NCBI RefSeq assembly: GCF_006345805.1
Contig: NC_042998.1
Coordinates: 103,664,001-103,728,000, forward strand
Direction: 5' to 3'
Source of the DNA: Octopus sinensis
Taxonomy: Eukaryota
DNA length: 64,000 nucleotides
This document shows positions 39,725-53,215 of this stretch, piece after piece. A program made the position numbers and the translations under genes. Under the pieces are notes generated by a model, which was not told where the DNA came from, did no database searches, and worked only from the letters and a program-made list of their open reading frames with translations. Positions within the stretch are counted from its first letter, which is position 1; each line of letters opens with the position of its first letter.

Positions 39725-39891
39725 GGCGTAGGAGTGGCTGTGGGGTAAGTAGCTTGCTTACGAACCAAATAATTCCGGGTTCAGTCCCACTGCGTGGAAC
39801 CTTGGGCAAGTGTCTTCTACTATAGCCTCGGGCCGACCAAAGCCTTGTGAGTGGATTTGGTAGACGGAAACAGAAAGAAGCCCGTCGTATA

Positions 39892-39972
<81 letters not shown>

Positions 39973-40220
39973 CGTATGTATGTATGTGTGTGTATATGTT
40001 TCTGTGTCTGCGTTTGTGCCCCCAACATCGCTTGACAACCGATGCTGGTGTGTTTACGTCCCCGTAATTTAACGGTTCGGCAAAAGAGACCGATAGAATA
40101 AGTACTAGGCTTACAAAGAATAAGTCCTGGGGTCGATTTGCTCGACCAAAGGCGGTGCTCCAGCATGGCAACAGTCACATGACTGAAACAAATAAAAGAC
40201 TGAAAGATTAAAAGAGTAAA
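39725..40220 (+). mobile_element. SINE family A, full length
   Basis: tRNA-like head, CCTTGGGCAAGTG segment, internal (TA)n(TATG)n, and a tail ending TGACTGAAACAAATAAAAGA. Confidence 0.9.
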
Positions 40221-40241
40221 CAAAGAAAGAAAAAAGAAAGA

Positions 40242-40291
<50 letters not shown>

Positions 40292-40843
40292 AAATAATAC
40301 AGAACAAATGAACTTACCATATAAGAAGAATAAATCTTAGGCAGGAGAGACAAGCTTCAAGTTAATAATGTTAGCAAAGTTAACTTAAAAATTTCACAGC
40401 TTCTCTGTTTCTGATTTACAGTTTTGTTGATGCTGTTGTTGTTGTTGTTATTGTTCACCTTTTACTTTTGCTTGCAGCCCCATCTACAACTCTATAATAA
40501 TTCCTCATCTACATCTACTCTATCGAAAATGCCTGTAATTATTGCTAGCCTTACTCATGACAACGTAATACAACACCTGTATTGAACAAAACCGGATTGA
40601 ATGTGGTAGTGGTGGAGACGAGATATACATCATATATTTATATCTTACCTATATATATATACATATCAGCAGCATTGTTAAAAATTACTAACGTTACGCA
40701 GGAGATTTTGTTTACTTATTTATTAATTTATCTATCTATATTATTAGCTTCAATAATTCAAACACACATACACATAAATTCATACTAATACATGCGTATT
40801 TATACATGTATCGTTATATGCATAGCATATATGTCTTGTGTGT

Positions 40844-40923
<80 letters not shown>

Positions 40924-41277
40924 TTTGTGTGCAAGTGTGTGTATATTGAAATAGATATTGATATATAATCATATACAATTATGCATGAATGCATACATAC
41001 ATTTATGCATGCATGTATGTATGTTTACATTTATGCATGTATGTGAGTATGTATGTATCTATGTATGTATGTATGCATGTGTGCACGCATGTATAAAATA
41101 TGGAAGTATACATGCATATATGTACTATTTCCATGCGTGTATATGTATATGTGTGTATGGTTTAAACTAAAAAAAAACAAACAAAGATTGTGAAATGGAT
41201 AAAGCGAGATATAAGAATGAAAAATGTATTCAATAAATAAACAATATGAACACTATGAACGTCTGAACAAATAAACC

Positions 41278-41278
41278 C

Positions 41279-41355
<77 letters not shown>

Positions 41356-41667
41356 TGATGATGATGATGATCAAAATAATAACAGCACCAGCTTTGGACA
41401 AATCACAATTATGTGAGCAACTACGAATTGCATAGAGACAATACTACCACTACCACCATTACCAGTACAACCACCACCAGCAGCCAATGACAAGACTGCT
41501 AGCAATAACAACAATGGCATCAACAAACAAAAACAACAACGGTAACAACAGCAGTGACGAAAAAAATTACAATATCATGAACACAAAAGTTATTGATGTA
41601 GAGTTATTACAACTGAGCTGTTGCTGATAATATCGTTATCATTATTATCATTATCATTATTATTATA

Positions 41668-41703
<36 letters not shown>

Positions 41704-41710
41704 TATTATA

Positions 41711-41773
<63 letters not shown>

Positions 41774-41825
41774 TTATTATCTAGATTATAATAGCATTTT
41801 ACTATGTATATATATACATACACAT

Positions 41826-41871
<46 letters not shown>

Positions 41872-42005
41872 GTATGTACATATTAATGTGTATGCGTATA
41901 TGAGTATGGATGGATGTGTGTGTGTGTTGCTAAAAGCAACTTTTCAAAAAAATATAGATACATTATAGCTTTCTATAAATAATAATAGTAATAATAATGA
42001 TGATA

Positions 42006-42037
<32 letters not shown>

Positions 42038-42057
42038 ATAAGTAGTAGTAGTAGTAA

Positions 42058-42106
<49 letters not shown>

Positions 42107-42578
42107 TGTAGTAGGAGGAGGAGGAGGAGGGATTTGGAGGAGGAAGTGAAGAAGAAGAAGAAGAAGAAGAAGAAGAAGAAGAAGAAGAAGAAGAAGAAGA
42201 AGAAGAAGAAGAAGAAGAAGAAGAAGAAGAAGAAGAAGAAGAAGAAGATCTACGTTTCCATTATGTAACAAGTAAAGACAGATCGATATACGCACACTCG
42301 CAAAATCGCACACATACACACACACATACGCACACCCACAAATCTTACGCCCGCATATATTGAGTTTTGATTTTTTTCCCTTTTATAGTCTGCTTTTTCC
42401 TCCTTTGATGTCGTATGCCGCCTAAATTTGATGAAAATGATAAATATCAACATTATCACTATAATTATTATTTAATAATAATGAGAAGGGGATGGACGAC
42501 GGCGAGTAGGAACATCTTAGTGATGGTGTTGTTGGTTGTGGTTGTGGTTGTGGCTATTTTGGCTGTTGTTGTTGTTGT

Positions 42579-42611
<33 letters not shown>

Positions 42612-42715
42612 CGACGACAGTGACGACGATGACGACGACAGCGACGACGATGACGACGACGGCGGTGACGGCGACAACGACGACGACGACGATGACGACG
42701 ATGATGATAAAGATG
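41278..42715. repeat. Compound trinucleotide microsatellite field (TAA, GAT, TAT, TAG, GGA, GAA, GTT, GAC)
   Basis: Directly visible arrays. Confidence 0.95.
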
Positions 42716-43005
42716 ACAACATCTTCAATAACGATGATGGAGATTGTGGTAAAGATCGTAAAGTGATAATGGTGATGATTATCATTAAGATAAGGGAGAC
42801 GACAATACGTATGATAATGACATGCGATAACGAAAAGGCAGCTTATACGTGGTCACTGGACTTGCTAAATATCGTAGGAAAATAGCACCATCTCAAACCG
42901 GGTCGTAACCAGATGCTTTACGTAATGAAAGTGTACATAATATAGTCTTGCATAGCCTCAAAATAAAGGAGTAGCCCAGGCTTAAATGCCATGGACCGGT
43001 GTTCT

Positions 43006-43236
43006 TATTTCTTTATTGCCCACAAGGAGCTAAACATAAAGGGGACAAACATGGACAGACAAAGGGATTAAATCGATTACACCGTCCCCAGTGCGTAACT
43101 GGTACTTAATTTATCGACCCCGAAAGGATGAAAGGCAAAGTCGACCTTGGTGGAATTTGAACTCAGAACGTAATGACAGACGAAATACCGCTAAGCATTT
43201 CGCCCGGCGTCCTAACGTTTCTGCCAGTTCGCCGCC
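43006..43236 (-). mobile_element. SINE family B, full length, with target-site duplication
   Basis: Head GGCGGCGAACTGGCAGAAACGTTAG; TSD GGTGTTCT at 42998-43005 and 43237-43244. Confidence 0.9.
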
Positions 43237-44678
43237 GGTGTTCTGCCTCTTCATGTCTAACCTAGGGTTAAATAATAACAGCAACGATAATGATGTGCAA
43301 TGATGGGGACATATTGATAGTGATGATGATGTGGATATCATGATTAAGGACGACAGTTATTGTGTCGATGAAAAAGATGACAGATATTGTGATTTGGAAG
43401 ATGACAAGAAATAAGGGGAGAAGACAAAACGACAGTGACGTGGAAGACAAGGACAAAGATGACCTGGAAAGCAGGTTCTGAAGATGGTACTGCCACCTGC
43501 TGGCTCTTGTGTACCTTTCATAATTTTGCTTTCAATCAAGCATTGAGGCCAGATATTTCCTCTGGTCATAAACCTTATCCCTTAATATCAGGGACCTTAA
43601 AAAACAAGCCCCACCCCACAAAAAAAAAAAATTAATGAAATTCCTAAAAAAAACAAAAAAAACAAACGTGGATATTAATATTCTTACCCTGTTTAAAACC
43701 ATTCAGAAAACTCACTTAAACGTCGACAGTGTATTCTGATTGAACCATCAGAAATAATATAAGATGAATATCATGTCTGATTGTCTTTGATCTTTGAAAA
43801 TTCTCTAAGATGGAATATATTGATTATCTTTATATAATACAATATAATATCTTTTACATTTTGTTTTTACCGAATATTAAATCTCAACTGAGCTGTTTTA
43901 ATATTTCTGGTTTTAAAAAGATTCGCGCTAAAATGATATTTATCATTGTTGCATGAAAGTTATTCAATATTTATACAATTCTATTTCTCTAAGCTAATAA
44001 ATATACAATTCATCGTATTTACGTAATAAATGAATCCCTTAGCACTTTGATCTTTACGACGTAATAATACTTTCACTGATGATCACATATCAGCATGAAA
44101 CGTCTGAAGTTATCTCCCGTGTATCCAGAAAAAAGGCCTGCCACAATACTCCTCATATTTCTTTATTTCAACGTATATACACATGCGTGCATACGTACAT
44201 ATGCATACATATACATGAGAATAATATAACACAAAGATGAAATATATCAGGTTTTAATAGAATACCACATTTGTTTCTACACCGCAACAGCTTCAGCTGC
44301 TGGGTTTATATTCAAATACCATTATACAAAATCATTCCTTATAATTATTATATAGCTGAATGTTTTTTTTAAACAGCAGCTATGTGTGAGTCCTTCATCG
44401 GGCACAATACCCTAAAACTGGCGTGCGGTGCAGCAACAAATGATATCTTCCACACTCGAATTAAATTATTCTTGTATTTATCTTATTCGAAAAGGAGTTC
44501 CGCATGTGTATCCGACCGTGGAATATACCCTACTGTAGGGTAACATGCAGCAGTCAAATAACGAAATAGGAAGTCTTAAAGGCACACTGTAAGGTTTTCA
44601 ACTGAATTATACTAAATATACATGTATGTACGCATGTATGTATATGCGTAATATGTATGTATGTAATGTATATATTAT

Positions 44679-44709
<31 letters not shown>

Positions 44710-44768
44710 GTATATCTACATATATATATATATCTACATGCATATATACATGTATACATGCACACAAA

Positions 44769-44818
<50 letters not shown>

Positions 44819-44831
<13 letters not shown>

Positions 44832-45014
44832 AAATGAAGAAAATGCTGACAAATAATTGAAGTAATTTAAGTAATTTAATTAGGTGAAAGTTCTTTTTAC
44901 CGGTTGCGCATTTGTTAAACAAATGCGCAACCGGTAAAAAAACTTTCACCTAATTAAATTACTTAAATTACTTCAATTATTTGTCAGCATTTTCTTCATT
45001 TCCTTTTTTATATA
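44819..45014. repeat. Near-perfect palindrome (~96 bp arms, centre 44917)
   Basis: Arms differ by a single 1-nt indel that I can see; the left arm starts in (TA)n. Confidence 0.95.
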
Positions 45015-45070
45015 TCACCACTCGTGTTCGACATCTCCTTTTTTTAAATATATATATATAATATATATAT

Positions 45071-45102
<32 letters not shown>

Positions 45103-45119
45103 ATGTATATATATAAACG

Positions 45120-45242
45120 CATATCACGTGATCACGTGACCGACCAGACCATCAGATGTTGTTACACATCGCTGGTCACAATGCGTTCGCATTGCTTTAG
45201 CCTTTGAATGACGCCACCCCGCTGGCTAAGCGAGCAGGCCAA
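45120..45242. repeat. Short interspersed repeat fragment between TA arrays
   Basis: GC-richer island ATCACGTGATCACGTGACCGACCAG...; recalled as a recurrent octopus repeat, class uncertain. Confidence 0.4.
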
Positions 45243-45248
45243 TATATA

Positions 45249-45279
<31 letters not shown>

Positions 45280-45664
45280 ATATATTTATATTTATATATA
45301 TGTTTGTGTGTTTGTATGCATGTATGTAGCTCATTGAGTGCAGCCGACTTTATGTCCCCTTTATCAGCTGTAGACAAATCAGCTGAAATAAATATCTGAG
45401 CCCACATGTTCACACATACGCATATATGCAGTGCGTATGTCTTTATACGTCTTCATTTCTAAGCTGTAGTCTGCATGGGGTATTCAAGAGGCTGTATAGA
45501 GCTAGGACACTTACTTTATTACAAGTTCAGTGTTGGACGCGGACGTAGACCCAGACCGAGTATTTGCCGAGTCTTCCGACTTCCAACCAATACAGGATGT
45601 CTTAAGTTGTTTATTTCGTCGATTGTACACCAAGCTAGGTACGAACGAGAGAGGAACGTGTCCT

Positions 45665-46040
45665 TTATCTTTTGTTTCAGTCACTTGACTACGACTAAGC
45701 TGGGGCATCGCCTTGAAGGATTTACTCGAACAAATCGACGCCACTTTATTTTGTGAAACAGAGGGATTATTCTATAGGTCACCTTTTGCCAAACCGTTAG
45801 GTTATGTTGATGTAAACAAACTAACACCGGTAGTCAAGCGGTGTTTAGGGAGAAACACAAAGACAAATACATAGATATGGATATGTACATATATGCAACG
45901 GACTTGCTTTTAACGTCCGTGTACTAAATCCATACACAATGCTTTGGTCGGCCAAGGGCTATAGCAGAAGACATTTGCCGAAGGTTTCACGCAGTGGGAG
46001 TGAATCCGAAACCATGAGGTTGGCAAGCAAGCTTCTTACA
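45665..46040 (-). mobile_element. SINE family A, diverged
   Basis: Tail-to-head similarity to the 39725 copy. Confidence 0.75.
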
Positions 46041-46874
46041 ACAGAAATAACTGTCAAATCATTCTCAAATTACACCTGACCTTTCTAAATAAGAAAAGAA
46101 CACATCAATTATTGTAGTCTTATATGTATTCTTAAAGGACATAATGACCACGATGAAGCAATGCCGTTGATTATTGGTCAGTTCGACCGAGATTCATCTT
46201 GGGCTACATAGCAATGAACGAACGAACCAACCAACCAAGTCAATCTCATCAAATAAAAACGAAAGTAGCACGTTTGAATGAATCGTTATATTTAAAAATC
46301 TTTGTCACAGATCTACACGAACAAAGCTGATAAAAATGTTACACATAAACATCCACGGCAACAGTAAGAGTAACAACAACAATAATTGTAACAGCAGTAA
46401 AAAGAACAAAACAAAGGGAAACATGCCAAAACTTGCAGGTTTCAAAATATCGAAATGGGAGACGCTCGAGAGAACAAAAACTATAGAAGATATGTTACGA
46501 AACTTTGTATTTTTACCTATTCCAGTTCATGGTCTGCTAATGTGGATGTTTTGCTATTCACTCGCTATGGATCGATAAAACGGTGTAAATAATCTATGAT
46601 ATTATTTATGTAACACCGATGTTATCAGTTTTGACTTTCATCACTTTGAGGCTTATAACATATTGTTCTATTAAAGGCAGGATTGATCAACTTTATGAAG
46701 TTCAATATATTTGGCTTATACATTCAAGTGTTGCAGTAAAGCAGGACTAAAGTTTTATTTACTGTTTGCTTTTTTTTGTTTTTAATCATGAGTTAGTAAT
46801 GTGTATTTAATACACGGTGTCTCATCATGATGGGAGATATATCTGGCTTATGTACTGCATACGTCCTTAAGCTC

Positions 46875-47600
46875 TTTTCTACTCTAAGCACAAGGCCCTA
46901 AATGTTTGGGGAGTGGGGTCAGTCGATTAGATCGACCCCAGTACGCAACTTCCTTAATAAATGTGTTTGTTCTAATCTGAGTTACCTGCGTTTAAGATGT
47001 GTCCCATCTTTTTGTGAGATACTGTATAATAGTAGTTTCAAAGGCAGTAAGCTGGCAGAATTTTGTGAGTAGAATGGCTTGTAGTATTTGTTGTGGCTCT
47101 TTACATTCTGAGTTCAAATTCTGCCGGGGTCAAGTTCGTTTTTCATCCTTTTTAGTTCGATAAAATAAAGCACTAGTCAAGTATTGAAACACATCAATCC
47201 CTTAAATTTCCTAACCTTCTGTATTCAGAAACAAAGTTACAGAATACATATACTAGAGACAGAGATAGTATTAATACCGAGAGTAATATTTTTATTCACT
47301 TAAACGTGGATGTTCTGTTAGAACAAACAATACTGCGGTTGTTAGCATGAGAGAAATTCTCATATTGGCTTTTGGTGCAACACGAATGCATTTTACACCC
47401 TCAGCCAATATGAGAGTCAGTAAAATCACTTATTGTATTTCACCCTGCCTTTTACATTCTGAGTTTAAATTGTGCCGTGGTTAAGTTTTTAGTTCATTCC
47501 TCTCAATTCTATTAAACAGAGTAACGGTGAACGACCGAATCGATAGCATCGACAAACATCTCCTGTCAAGAGTGCTGGTCTTGTGCCTGAATCTGACGCA
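46875..47600. mobile_element. Several decayed SINE family B pieces in both orientations
   Basis: GTCGATTAGATCGACCCCAG at 46922; ACATTCTGAGTT(C/T)AAATT at 47103 and 47454. Confidence 0.65.
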
Positions 47601-47897
47601 ATAATTCAGCACGTTCAAATATGTTTAGACAATGAAATACCCTGCCCGTCTTTCGTTGTATGCTAAGAATGTACTGAGGTAGGGAAGGTAGAAAGCTGTT
47701 AAAATATTTAGCGCTGAAATTCCTAAACATTTTTCATGGGAAGCTCGATCAATTCTCACACTTGCTAGCAAGTTAACTTCACGTTTCAAGATGAAAAAAA
47801 TATTTCTTTTAATTAGCTAGTTAAATTGGACAGTACAGTGGGTAAGAAAATTGAACTAAAAAGTAAGAGTTATCTCACTGCAGAAATTGCATATGTA

Positions 47898-47996
<99 letters not shown>

Positions 47997-48039
47997 CGTA
48001 TTATATATATGTATATATATATGTATGTATATATATATA

Positions 48040-48150
<111 letters not shown>

Positions 48151-48246
48151 TATATGTATGTATGCATGTATGTATATATATATATATATATTTATGTATA
48201 TATATACACATACATAGATGTAAATATATATATATATATGTATATA

Positions 48247-48305
<59 letters not shown>

Positions 48306-48324
48306 GTATACATGCATGTATTAC

Positions 48325-48521
48325 TCTTTAACCTGTTTCAGTCATCTGACTGCGTCCATCCCGGAGCACCGCCGTTAGTCGAACAAATTGAGCTCAGTAA
48401 CTCATTCTTTGTAAGTCTAGTACCTTTTCTAGAGGTCTCTTTTGCAGACCCGCTAAGTTATGCGGACGTAAACACACTAACATCGGTTGTAAAGCGATGG
48501 TGGGGGTACAAACAGACACAA

Positions 48522-48584
<63 letters not shown>

Positions 48585-48750
48585 ATACGCGACAGGCTAT
48601 AGTTTCAGTCTCCCAAATCCACTCACAAGGCTTTGGTCGGTCCGAGGCTATAGTTAGAAAACACTTGCCCAAGGTACCACGTAGTGGGACTGAACACGGA
48701 ACTATGTGGTTGGGAAGCAAGCTTCCTACCACACAGCTGCTGCTGTGGCT
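48325..48750 (-). mobile_element. SINE family A; partial near-identical duplicate at 49165-49270
   Basis: Family match; shared diagnostic string TTTATACGCGACAGGCTATAGTTTCAGTCTCCC. Confidence 0.8.
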
Positions 48751-49409
48751 ATATACATATCAATATTTAGCAGAAGCAACAGAGTGACTCAAGGTCCGAG
48801 AATTCCGTGTGTTAGCACCTAACAAACTCTGTGTGTGTGTGTGTGTGCGTTTGTGTGTGTGCGCATATAAGCTATGACAGCAATCACAATTATTAAGGTT
48901 AAATCTACCATATACTAAATAATAAAGTTCTTGGAATGCTTAATAGAACATTATTCTTAATAGTTCACACTTCTATTCAGTATAATAAAAAAAGGGCTAT
49001 CTCGTACCTCCAGGTAATATGAGCACAGCAGGTCACGCATAACTGTGGTGAAGCGTAGGACAAAATGTATTGCGATATTATATACATTATATATTAATAT
49101 TAACATTAATATATATATTATATATATATATATATATAGATATATATATATATATTATATATAATATATATATTTATACGCGACAGGCTATAGTTTCAGT
49201 CTCCCAAATCCACTCACAAGGCTTTGGTCGGTCCGAGGCTATAGTTAGAAAACACTTTCCCAAGGTATCACATAGAGGTACCACATAGTGGTACAGAGAC
49301 ACAGAAAGGTAGAAACAAGGAAAATGCCACTTATATTTGAACACTATACAAATATTCTTTTAAAAAAACTTTTCTTTTAATTTTTCTAAATTTAATTATT
49401 TAATTGTTA

Positions 49410-49446
49410 CAGTTGAAAAGGTCTCAAATGACTGAAACCGGTACTG
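49410..49446 (+). ncRNA. Degenerate minimal hammerhead-like motif
   Basis: CAG-TTGAAAA-GGTC tcaaat GACT-GAAAC-CG-GTA-CTG, with palindromic ACCGGT stem III. Confidence 0.55.
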
Positions 49447-50388
49447 AAATGTTCTTTATAAAATTAGTTTAGCATTTTCTATCTCGACTTGTTTTTTCAT
49501 ATATATACATGTATATGCGTGAGTACATATATACAGATATACACACACGTATATATGTACATATTATGTACGTATGTATATATACACTATCAAAAAACTA
49601 TCCTTTCTTATATACTAATGGCTCTATATAAGTTTATAACGTAAGTCATCCCCTGTACTTAGACTTATAGTAATTATTTCAAAATTTTCTTATAAACATA
49701 TCAATGCTGTCACTAGATAATTAATTACGACATATAACACTTATTTTTGTCTATGAATATTAGACCTATTATTTACAATAAATACGTATATTATAAATTT
49801 TATAATTTTTATAAACCTGAAATTATTCTAATACTATTAAGCACCATTTTTTCTAAAAACGTCTCAAGTCGAAAAGATAATTGACGGTTAAATAAAAACT
49901 AAATTTGTATTTGAAAATTCATTCTCGTTCTTGTTTGAGATGCTTCATCGTACATAGAAACACAGCTTGACAAGCAATATAATTAATTTAAGAAGTTTTA
50001 AATAGACACGCATATAGAATTTCATAGTGAGAATGTCAGTTTTTAATATTACATATATTAGCACCTACTTAACATATGTTTTAGTCTTGATTTTATAGGC
50101 ATGACAGCAAGAACGAATACAATAATCCTAAAATGATAACTAAGAGAAAATCTATGTACGTCTAACATCTCTTTTAGTTTTTAAATCAGTTACTGAGGAG
50201 TACAAATGTAACTATTACGATTTTCTATTTATGAATATCTGTGTCTTTTTGCATGAAACAAATTATATAGAAACAGGAAAAATAAAAACTATAATCCATT
50301 TTAATATCTAATCACCTTAATTTATATAAATATGAATGAATTTGTTGAACTGTATTTAATAAGTTAAATCATATAATGAGTATATATA

Positions 50389-50607
50389 TATAATCAAAAT
50401 AAGCAACAAGGATATCCAGAGGTAATACAGTAGGATCGTTTCACGCGACTCCATTTAATTGAACAATGCAAATATTACATCAGTTTTAAAATGTAGAGCA
50501 ATCGTCAGGTGTATAAAAATATATTTGCATTGTTCAATTAAATGAAGTCACATGAAACGATCGTACTTCATTACCTCTGGATATCCTTGTTGCTTATTTT
50601 GATTGTA
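50389..50607. repeat. Inverted repeat (~90 bp arms, ~40 nt spacer with a hammerhead relic)
   Basis: AATCAAAATAAGCAACAAGGATATCCAGAGGTAAT pairs with ATTACCTCTGGATATCCTTGTTGCTTATTTTGATT. A solo homologous arm lies at 56772-56885. Confidence 0.9.
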
Positions 50608-50735
50608 ATCACCCCATTTTGAATTATATGGATAATACCATACAAAATTCTGGTGCCTTTAACTTAAGTACCATATTCAACTGAAACTAAATTTACACAC
50701 ACACACCACACACACACATATATATATATATATAT

Positions 50736-50771
<36 letters not shown>

Positions 50772-50876
50772 TCATATGTGTATATACACACAAAATTCAG
50801 TTACCAATAATTGTAACTGAGTGTGCCAGGTAGCACTATATTGCTAGGAATAAAAGGCAAACACACTGAGGCTCGC

Positions 50877-51097
50877 AAGAAAGCACGTTTTCATATACTG
50901 ACAGCGGAGATAACGATCCCACAGTGAAGAAGATTACTATACTAGTCAAGTTTCACTTGAAAATTACAAGCTCATCAGTAGCGGCTACTCCATCACTAGA
51001 TGACTTGTAATTTTCATGCGTAACATGGCTAGAATAAGAATGTCACAAGATGTGGGGTGGTTATCTCTCCTGTCAGTATATAAATAAATGCTTTCTT
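50877..51097. repeat. Diverged inverted repeat (~100 bp arms), each arm carrying a hammerhead
   Basis: ATATACTGACAGCGGAGATAAC pairs with GTTATCTCTCCTGTCAGTATAT, and TGAAAATTACAAG with CTTGTAATTTTCA. Confidence 0.85.
50942..50981 (-). ncRNA. Minimal type I hammerhead-like motif
   Basis: Minus strand CTA-CTGATGA-GCTTG taatttt CAAGT-GAAAC-TT-GAC-TAG; canonical except GAC in place of GUH. Confidence 0.75.
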
Positions 51098-51195
51098 CTT
51101 TTACTTTTCGAGCCAACGCTCTTCAAAAGAAAGGGATAAGAGAAAATAAACAGAGATAGAAGGTAAAAGAACTTGTAGATTTGAGTGGTCTAACT
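51098..51195 (-). mobile_element. PLE pLTR fragment with degenerate hammerhead (51098-51133)
   Basis: Minus strand CTTT-CTTTTGA-a-GAGC GTTG GCTC-GAAAA-GTA-AAAG. Confidence 0.6.
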
Positions 51196-51444
51196 GAAAT
51201 ATATATATATATTAGAAAATAACCCGTTTTATCAATTCCATAATGAAAAATTAAATTATACCATCTAGAAAATTGCATATTATAGAAAGATTAAATATAC
51301 GATAAAACATATAACGATTATTAAGTAATGTGCAAAATAATAAATAAAACGTATTTCTAATTTAAATATATATATATTTTGTGAAATTTGATAAGTATTT
51401 CTAAATTGAGCTTTTCCTTCTATGTTTGGAATAATATTCCCATA

Positions 51445-51505
<61 letters not shown>

Positions 51506-51537
51506 ATTATAATTATAATTATAATTATTATTATTAC

Positions 51538-51603
<66 letters not shown>

Positions 51604-51604
51604 A

Positions 51605-52290
51605 ATATATGTGTTCCTGGATTCTCAGAACCTTCCAGTCGAGAGATTCCCACACTATTATCCTTCTCTTCTCCACTTTTGCCAGACCCCACCTTGAATA
51701 CTGCTGTCCACTGTGGTCTCCCTACACAAAGCAAAATATTATGAGAATTGAAGCTCCCCAAAGGTCAATCACAAAAAAGATAGATGGCATGTCAGACCTT
51801 GACTACTGGGGTAGACTAGAGAAGCTGAAACTGTATTCACTCCAACGACGCTGTGAACGCTACATTATCTGTATGATGTGGAAAATATTCCATCAGCACT
51901 GTCCGAATGATGTTGGCATCACCTTCAAAATACATCCAAGGCTTGGCCCACGTGCCATCCGTCCACGACAAAAATCTAAATCGCATCAAATAACGACAAT
52001 ACGGCACAACTATTTCACCTCAATTGGACCCGCTCTCTTCAACATTACACCAGGACACATCAAAAAAGAAACTGACCACACAAAATTCAAGAAGTCTTTG
52101 GACAAATTCCTTCAAACACTCCCGGACAAACCACCCACACCCGGATATGTCCCCGCAAACAATAACTCTCTGCTCGAATGGGCCTTGGTGCCCAAATCCT
52201 GAATTGAAAGACTTCGCCAGGTGGTGCTATTAAGTTAGACATGGCCTGGGCCAATACTGGCCAAAACCTTTCTAAGTTATTCTAAGTTAT
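51605..52290 (+). mobile_element. CR1/L2-group LINE 3' end with open C-terminal frame (51609-52202)
   Basis: RPHLEYCCPLWSP, Y.GRL.KL.LYSLQRR and FKKSLDKFL...PD.P; tandem tail (TTCTAAGTTA)2; 5' junction at (TAT)n. Confidence 0.9.
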
Positions 52291-52334
52291 ATATATACAT
52301 ACATACGAAATATATATATATATATATATATATA

Positions 52335-52500
52335 TACGACGGACTTCTCTCAGATTCCGTCTAATAAATACACTTACAAATCTATGGTCGATTGGAGGCT
52401 ATAATAGAAGACATTTGCCCAAGGTGTCATGCAGTAGGACTGAACCCTGAACCATTTTGTAGGGAAGCAAATCTCTCGCCACACAGCTACGCCTGCGCCT
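52335..52500 (-). mobile_element. SINE family A head fragment
   Basis: Reverse complement of the head GGCGCAGGCGTAGCTGTGTGG. Confidence 0.75.
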
Positions 52501-52639
52501 ATATAAAAACATTCAGAATTAAATTCTGAGTTGAAGGTGGAGTATATATATTTTAGCACACAAACTCTCTATGTGCCTCGTTTCAGACATAATTATCCAT
52601 TTACTTGCAGTATCATTACATATGTTTCTTGAGAGGAAG

Positions 52640-52682
<43 letters not shown>

Positions 52683-52985
52683 AGGGGAGCGAAATAAATA
52701 TATAGATACATACAAGCATACGCAAAATATATATTAATGTCGATAGTTCAATTGCAGGAGGCATACGATGGTAAATTCGCACACGAAAAGAGGCATATTT
52801 TGAATATCGATATATATTCTTAATATTATGTACGCATATATGCGTATAATGTGCATCAATGAATAACAAGAACATGTATTTATCTCCTGAAATGCATGCG
52901 CAAAATAGATATAAACAAATCTTTCTCTTTCTCTTGCACTCTCTCACTATACATACATGCATACATACATACATACATACATACA

Positions 52986-53021
<36 letters not shown>

Positions 53022-53024
53022 TTC

Positions 53025-53215
53025 TTTTACATGTTTTAGATATTATACTGCTGCCATGCTGGAGCACCGACTTGAGGAGATTTCAGCCGAATGAATTGAC
53101 CCTAGTATTATTTTTCTCTTAAGGCTGATAACTATTCTATCGGAGACATTTGCTGGAATGCTAAGTCATCACGGGAACGTAAACACGTGGCGAGAAACAA
53201 AGACACAGACACACT
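53025..53215 (-). mobile_element. SINE family A tail fragment
   Basis: GCCATGCTGGAGCACCG...ATTCTATCGG. Confidence 0.7.

Noticed and set aside
42415-42885. ORF with a hydrophobic stretch and poly-Asp, resembling an acidic biomineralisation protein
   Set aside because: It is built from (GTT)n/(GAT)n/(GAC)n inside a field of assorted trinucleotide arrays, with no splice or homology support.
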